Shown here: piece by piece, positions 55,690 through 60,652 of the stretch | How the letters are laid out: each line of letters starts with the position of its first letter | How positions within the stretch are numbered: the stretch's first letter is position 1 | From: a virus | Lineage: Duplodnaviria > Caudoviricetes | DNA: 60,652 nucleotides | Virus record (IMG/VR): IMGVR_UViG_3300017989_000126 | Span: 1 to 60,652 of that record | Strand: one strand, 5' to 3' | Program-made: the position numbers and the translations under genes | The notes under the pieces: model-generated | Databases searched by the model: none | The model's input: the letters and a program-made list of their open reading frames with translations, nothing else | Told to the model about the DNA's origin: nothing

Positions 55690-56205
55690 ATGGGGTTTAA
55701 AACCTACTTGTTAAACGAAGAAAAAAGTCATCTGGGGCACAAAGTAACCGATGTGCTCACTACCGTGCATGATCTTCAGAATGACATGGAGCACATGGGC
55801 GTTCGTCAAACAACACGATTAGCAGACGACATTGTCAACAGAATAAGAAAAATTCTTCACAGCCAGTGGACAATCAAGCAACAAAAGCATTTGCAATCAC
55901 TTCAAAAAGTGGCAGTTGCTTTAAAGAAAACCATTGAAGAAAAAGGTGATCTAAAGCAAATGATCCCGGCAGCAGCTCAGGAACTGGAAAATGTTTCTAC
56001 TAAACTGGGAATCAAAACAACAAGTGCTTTAGATCAAGCAGCAGAACTTGGCGGCGAAGACGTTGAACAGCAGGATATGGAATTGACCTCACAACAGGAT
56101 GGCCCAGAACAACCTGTTGATCCTCAAATGGACCAAATGGGACAAATGCCGCCAGATCCGAATCAACAAGACCCCATGATGGGACAGGGACAACAAGGCT
56201 TCTGA
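55690..56205 (+). CDS. Putative virion protein, Q/M/P-rich tail
   Basis: GGAGG RBS; MGFKTYLLNEE start. Confidence 0.7.
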   Translation: MGFKTYLLNEEKSHLGHKVTDVLTTVHDLQNDMEHMGVRQTTRLADDIVNRIRKILHSQWTIKQQKHLQSLQKVAVALKKTIEEKGDLKQMIPAAAQELENVSTKLGIKTTSALDQAAELGGEDVEQQDMELTSQQDGPEQPVDPQMDQMGQMPPDPNQQDPMMGQGQQGF

Positions 56206-56681
56206 TGAAATCTCCATATGGAATAGGCACAAAAAATGTGTCTATTAAATCCGGGATAGTAGAAAAAACCTTTTCAAATCAAGCTAATTATAACTCTGAA
56301 GTACATCATTTAAATAAATTAGCTGACTTTCATCGTGTTCCTAATATAATTGAATTAAATGACGAAAAAATGTCTATAAAAATGACATATGTGGGTGAAC
56401 CAATAAGTCGAATTACAATCCCTGAAGATTGGCGACATCAATGCAATGATATTTTAGACGGTCTGCAAAAATACAACTGCGTTCATGGAGACCTAGAAGA
56501 AAACGTGACAGTTTTAAATGGTAAACTTCACATAATAGATTTTGCTAACTCATACAAAGATGAATGGGGACACAAAGGAGATGAATATCTCTTGTTTCTG
56601 CACATTGTGTGTGTTCACAAAAACTTCAAAAAACAAGACTTAATTGACCTGTCTGAAAGAAAACGATCTATCCTGATTTAG
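56205..56681 (+). CDS. Small atypical kinase (RIO/APH-like)
   Basis: VEK, E, HGDL..N, IIDF. Confidence 0.65.
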   Translation: MKSPYGIGTKNVSIKSGIVEKTFSNQANYNSEVHHLNKLADFHRVPNIIELNDEKMSIKMTYVGEPISRITIPEDWRHQCNDILDGLQKYNCVHGDLEENVTVLNGKLHIIDFANSYKDEWGHKGDEYLLFLHIVCVHKNFKKQDLIDLSERKRSILI

Positions 56682-58311
56682 TAGTTGAAGCCACGTAATG
56701 ATCCTTTGCGGCATTAAGCAACCCTACAAACAAAGGTGCTGGATTTTGAAAGCGTGACTTAAACTCAGGATGAGCCTGAGTTCCAACAAAATAAGGATGA
56801 ATTTCAGGATCAAGTTCCATCATTTCTACAAGATTGCTTTCAGGGGTTCTTCCAACTACTCGAAACCCTTTCTTTTCAAGCTTGCAAACATAATCACCAT
56901 TCACTTCGTAACGATGGCGATGTCTTTCGCTGATATTTTTCTTGTTTCCATAAAGGGAACGAATGATCCCTTTTTCAAGTATACAGTCATATGATCCCAA
57001 ACGCATTGTGCCTGATTTGTGATCGATATTTTCTTGACCATCAACATAATCAATCACGTAACGATGAGAATCTTTCTTTTTCGAAAATTCTCGACTCGTG
57101 GCATCATCCCACCCAAGAACATTCTGTGCAAACTCGATAACAGCACATTGAAGACCAAGGCAAATCCCCAAGAAAGGAATTTTCTTTTCCCGACAATATC
57201 GAATTGCAAGTGTCTTGCCTTCAACTCCACGTGAATCAAATCCGCCCGGAACAATGACTCCATTAACATCTTTGAAAATATGGCGAACACTGCGTAAATC
57301 TTTGCCCTCTAATTCTTCAGCGTTGATCCAAGTGATTTTAACTTTAGTCTCACAATCCACGCTGGCATGAACAAGGGCTTCTTTAAGGCTTTGATAAGCT
57401 TCATCGCAATTATCGTACTTGCCAACAATGGCAATATTTGTATCTGGATAATCTTCGCCTTCAATATAAGCTTCCACCAATTTTCGATACTTGTGTATCT
57501 TGACGCCTTTTCGAGGCAGGTGGAATTTGTCGGCAATCAAATCATCAACGTGCCTATCGTAGAACTCAATAGGCACTTGGTAAATTGAACTTACATCAGG
57601 AGCTTCAAAAACAGCTTCTCTGGATACATTGGTTAAACGAGCAACTTTGTCCAATATTTGTTTTGGAAGCTCTCTATCAGTACGACAAAGCAGCATTTCA
57701 GGTTGAATGCCATGCATCAACAAAGTTTTCACGGAGTTTTGTAATGGTTTTGTTTTGAATTCTTTGACGGTTGCATTCCAAATTACTGGAGCAACCATAA
57801 TGACCATTACATTATCAGGGTTTGCTTGTTTAAATTGCCGTATTGCTTCATAAAACCCACTGGATTCAATATCGCCAACTGTTCCACCAATTTCAGCTAT
57901 AACGATGTTGTCATTAGTGCCCAGTGCTTTTAGTCGTTCGTGAACCTTACCTGTAACATGAGGGATCACCTGAACAGTTTCACCAAGGTATTGCCCTTGT
58001 TCTTCTTCGCTCAAAAGCTCTTTATACAAAGTACCACTGGTAAAAATATTTTTGCCAGACATTGTAATGTCTGTAATTCGTTCGTAATGACCGAGATCAA
58101 GATCTGTTTCTGATCCGTCATCACAAAGAAACACCTCGCCGTGTTGACGAGGATTCATAGTGCCAGCATTAACGTTAAGATAAGGATCGAGTTTGATCAA
58201 CTCTACATTAGATCCACGCATTTTTAGCAACAAGCCAATTGAAGCGGCACTGATGCCTTTTCCTGTCCCAGAATACACACCTCCTACCACAACAATAAAT
58301 TTGCCAGTCAT
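56668..58311 (-). CDS. pyrG: CTP synthase
   Basis: GGV.SG.GKG, KLDPYLNV, ETDLDLGHYER, GICLG, RHRHRYE, HPEF. Confidence 0.97.
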   Translation of the reverse strand: MTGKFIVVVGGVYSGTGKGISAASIGLLLKMRGSNVELIKLDPYLNVNAGTMNPRQHGEVFLCDDGSETDLDLGHYERITDITMSGKNIFTSGTLYKELLSEEEQGQYLGETVQVIPHVTGKVHERLKALGTNDNIVIAEIGGTVGDIESSGFYEAIRQFKQANPDNVMVIMVAPVIWNATVKEFKTKPLQNSVKTLLMHGIQPEMLLCRTDRELPKQILDKVARLTNVSREAVFEAPDVSSIYQVPIEFYDRHVDDLIADKFHLPRKGVKIHKYRKLVEAYIEGEDYPDTNIAIVGKYDNCDEAYQSLKEALVHASVDCETKVKITWINAEELEGKDLRSVRHIFKDVNGVIVPGGFDSRGVEGKTLAIRYCREKKIPFLGICLGLQCAVIEFAQNVLGWDDATSREFSKKKDSHRYVIDYVDGQENIDHKSGTMRLGSYDCILEKGIIRSLYGNKKNISERHRHRYEVNGDYVCKLEKKGFRVVGRTPESNLVEMMELDPEIHPYFVGTQAHPEFKSRFQNPAPLFVGLLNAAKDHYVASTTKSG

Positions 58312-58321
58312 CTTTTTTCCC

Positions 58322-58513
58322 CTACCTTCTTTGTCTACACAATCTGAGAAGAATGATGATCAGACATGCTACAGCAGACCAAGTTTTGATCGCAAATGGT
58401 ATTTTCAGCCCAAAAAGAACGTTTAGGCTCCAAATAACCACAAAAGGGGTGGCGGTGATCAAAATCAAGACCACCACCACCCGAATGATCAACAAGACAT
58501 TCTCATTGTTCAT
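58322..58513 (-). CDS. Small membrane protein
   Basis: Two TM segments; GAGG RBS. Confidence 0.65.
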   Translation of the reverse strand: MNNENVLLIIRVVVVLILITATPFVVIWSLNVLFGLKIPFAIKTWSAVACLIIILLRLCRQRR

Positions 58514-58581
58514 GTTACCTCAATTCCAAAATTTATTCAACTCTACATGAGTTAGCTATTTGGTTTTTTATCGGCAACTTA

Positions 58582-60652
58582 TCAAACGTACTGTAAATCG
58601 CAACTGCCACCTGCGCAAGCAATGGTAGCTTCGAGGCGAGTATTGTCTTGCTCTTCAATCATAGCAGAGAAATCAACATCTTTGTATTCTCTCATGAGAT
58701 CGCAATAATACTTCCAATTGTTTACGTCTTTCAAACAATAAGTCATCTGTTTGATGTTTCCATCAAAATACCTTTCAGCAAACTGTTTTGCTCGACGAAC
58801 CCAATCAACCTTAGCTTCGTAAACTTGTTGTTCACGTTCCTGTTCTCGAACATCTTCTAAACTGATATGCGGCATTTCTTCAGTAACTTTTGGTTGTGGC
58901 TCTGTAAGAGGTTCTCCCAGTCCCAAAACGACTTCACAAGCTTTCCAAAGATTGTCATTGAAAGCATGAAGCCCATCAACAATCAAACCGCTTGCCATAA
59001 CACTTGCATCGCCATACATTTTAACCAATTGAGATGGACGATAAATTGCAGTGAATGGAGCTTGTGGGTAATCTTTGTCCCCTGTAATTGGCAAGAGACT
59101 AATACCGGCAAAGTATTTCCTATTCTTGAAAATATACTGAGTGACATCATCCCATTCATCTTCCTTGACTGTAATTGTATTTGAAACATTATGCACCAGC
59201 CAATCAGCGGTACATCTGGATTCAACAGTTCCTGCCATGACCCAGTTTTGTTGAGTGCTTTTAACATGATCCAACAAAGTGAGAGCATCAATGTCATTCT
59301 TAGTCTTAGCACCTTTAGGCACTTCAACACAAAAAGCAATGACCTCATCGGTGCCATTGGCTGACCAGACAGATTTTTCAACAGCTAATGGGTTGATTTC
59401 TTTAAAGAATTTCAGGGGCGGCTCAAGATAGTTGCCCTGAGAACGACGAATATAAACACTGGCGTGATGTGGGTGAATGCCGGAAGCAGTTCCCAAAATA
59501 CAAGAAGTTGTCCCTGCTGGTTTCACGCATGTTGCACGAGCAGTTGGATTGATGCCAATTTTCTCAGCGATCTTTTCATTTGTCTTAATGATCAACTTAG
59601 CATTTTGCCGTTGAAGTTTGGGATCAAACAAAACGTCTGGATTATCCATCATGCCAGTAATGCTTACTCCCAACAAAGCTTCTCTCTCAATGATTCTTCG
59701 AGATGTGTCGCCCAGATATTTCAAATCTGTGTAACCTGCCTGACAAGTGCCAATAATAGCAGCGGCTTTAGAAGCCGTTTTGAAATCTTCAGGAGTCTTA
59801 CATTTTGCTCCATTGATTTCACAAAGATTACAAGCTTCCCAGCCACTTTTACCAGTAATTTCATCAACTGGATAAAGGCCAATTTCTACACACGGGTTTA
59901 CCAACAATTCTGTTGAATCTGACCAGACAAAACCCGGTTCGCCAAATTCACGCACATAAGACATCAGTTCTTCAAACTGTTCTTTAGTGGTTTCATTACG
60001 AATTAAAAGTGCTGAATTGTTGCTGCGACCACGTTGTGGGTTTTCTGCAAACCAATTACCCGTTTTTGCAGTTGCCATTTCTTTGTCAGTAGGACTAAAA
60101 AGACAAATTGTGGCAGATCGTCTTACGCCACCACTCAACACAGCATCTGAGGCGTGCATGACAATGTCATATGCATCAATTGGTCGAATGCGACTTTGAC
60201 CTCTTTCAAGACAGGCGTCCAATAGCTCACGAACTTTTTCCAAAGCTATTTTGAGCGGTTTAGGACCGGGTGCCTTCCCAGATGAAGAACCCAAAGGAGC
60301 ACCTTCAGGACGAATCAAACTGTAGTCAAATACTACATCAAACCCTTCAAATTCCGGGAATTCTCCACCAGACATATAGCTACTCAAAAGAACACCAAGT
60401 GAATCAGCCCAGCCTTCAATTGAGTCCGGTATTAGATATGTTTTGTTTTTGCCCAAGCGTTCTGGAACAAAATCAGGAATTTTAGCAACATGATGTTCCT
60501 GCACTGAAAAACCTGTTCCACAACCGCACAACAATAGCCAAAAACATTCTTGAAAAAATCGCATTCTGTCACAATATGATGCGATGCAATTATAGATTCT
60601 GGCATTCTTCTTTTCAATCGGTTTGCCCCCGAACTGTAAAGCTCGTTGCGAC
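58582..60652 (-). CDS. nrdJ: Class II (B12-dependent) ribonucleotide reductase, 5' end beyond window
   Basis: Frame open to the edge (SQRALQFGG..IYNC); GCGTGFS, GGVRRSA, NPCVEI, CNL, VKPAGT, C-terminal CAGGSC. Confidence 0.95.
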   Translation of the reverse strand, partial: SQRALQFGGKPIEKKNARIYNCIASYCDRMRFFQECFWLLLCGCGTGFSVQEHHVAKIPDFVPERLGKNKTYLIPDSIEGWADSLGVLLSSYMSGGEFPEFEGFDVVFDYSLIRPEGAPLGSSSGKAPGPKPLKIALEKVRELLDACLERGQSRIRPIDAYDIVMHASDAVLSGGVRRSATICLFSPTDKEMATAKTGNWFAENPQRGRSNNSALLIRNETTKEQFEELMSYVREFGEPGFVWSDSTELLVNPCVEIGLYPVDEITGKSGWEACNLCEINGAKCKTPEDFKTASKAAAIIGTCQAGYTDLKYLGDTSRRIIEREALLGVSITGMMDNPDVLFDPKLQRQNAKLIIKTNEKIAEKIGINPTARATCVKPAGTTSCILGTASGIHPHHASVYIRRSQGNYLEPPLKFFKEINPLAVEKSVWSANGTDEVIAFCVEVPKGAKTKNDIDALTLLDHVKSTQQNWVMAGTVESRCTADWLVHNVSNTITVKEDEWDDVTQYIFKNRKYFAGISLLPITGDKDYPQAPFTAIYRPSQLVKMYGDASVMASGLIVDGLHAFNDNLWKACEVVLGLGEPLTEPQPKVTEEMPHISLEDVREQEREQQVYEAKVDWVRRAKQFAERYFDGNIKQMTYCLKDVNNWKYYCDLMREYKDVDFSAMIEEQDNTRLEATIACAGGSCDLQYV

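Noticed and set aside
43941-56205. Other proteins ending in GF (INDLGF, QQGF) as members of the WKxEGF family
   Set aside because: They lack the W and E positions and were not counted.
1-60652. CRISPR array or cas genes
   Set aside because: No regularly spaced repeats or Cas motifs seen by eye.

Overview
AT-rich segment of a large contractile-tailed (T4-superfamily-like, probably jumbo) phage genome. A Planctomycetota host is inferred from gene content. Core content: neck/tail-completion proteins, tail sheath, four tandem tail-tube paralogs, gp55-like late sigma factor, a gp26/gp51-like pair joined by a probable -1 frameshift, Holliday-junction resolvase, PyrG and class II RNR (runs off the window end). 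The main accessory block (10.9-23.3 kb) is a complete four-enzyme nicotinamide-to-NAD+ salvage route (PncA, PncB, NadD, NadE). It is interleaved with a TerY-P-type vWA/PP2C/kinase triad, an atypical tRNA-like RNA and two SPFH genes, and it carries twin sigma70-type promoters. It is a candidate anti-defence NAD+ reconstitution system distinct from the two-enzyme NARP1/NARP2 pathways. Other signals: (1) five small proteins sharing a C-terminal W[KQ]xEGF-stop tag; (2) a recurrent F-x-x-[WFY]-L..E capsid-targeting-like motif, including on an HD/CCA-adding enzyme; (3) the 3' half of a group I intron at the left edge; (4) an IS200/IS605-type mini-element and a footprint of it; (5) several intact or decayed homing endonucleases; (6) an ethylene-receptor-like histidine kinase. 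All calls come from reading motifs by eye; no database searches were run.
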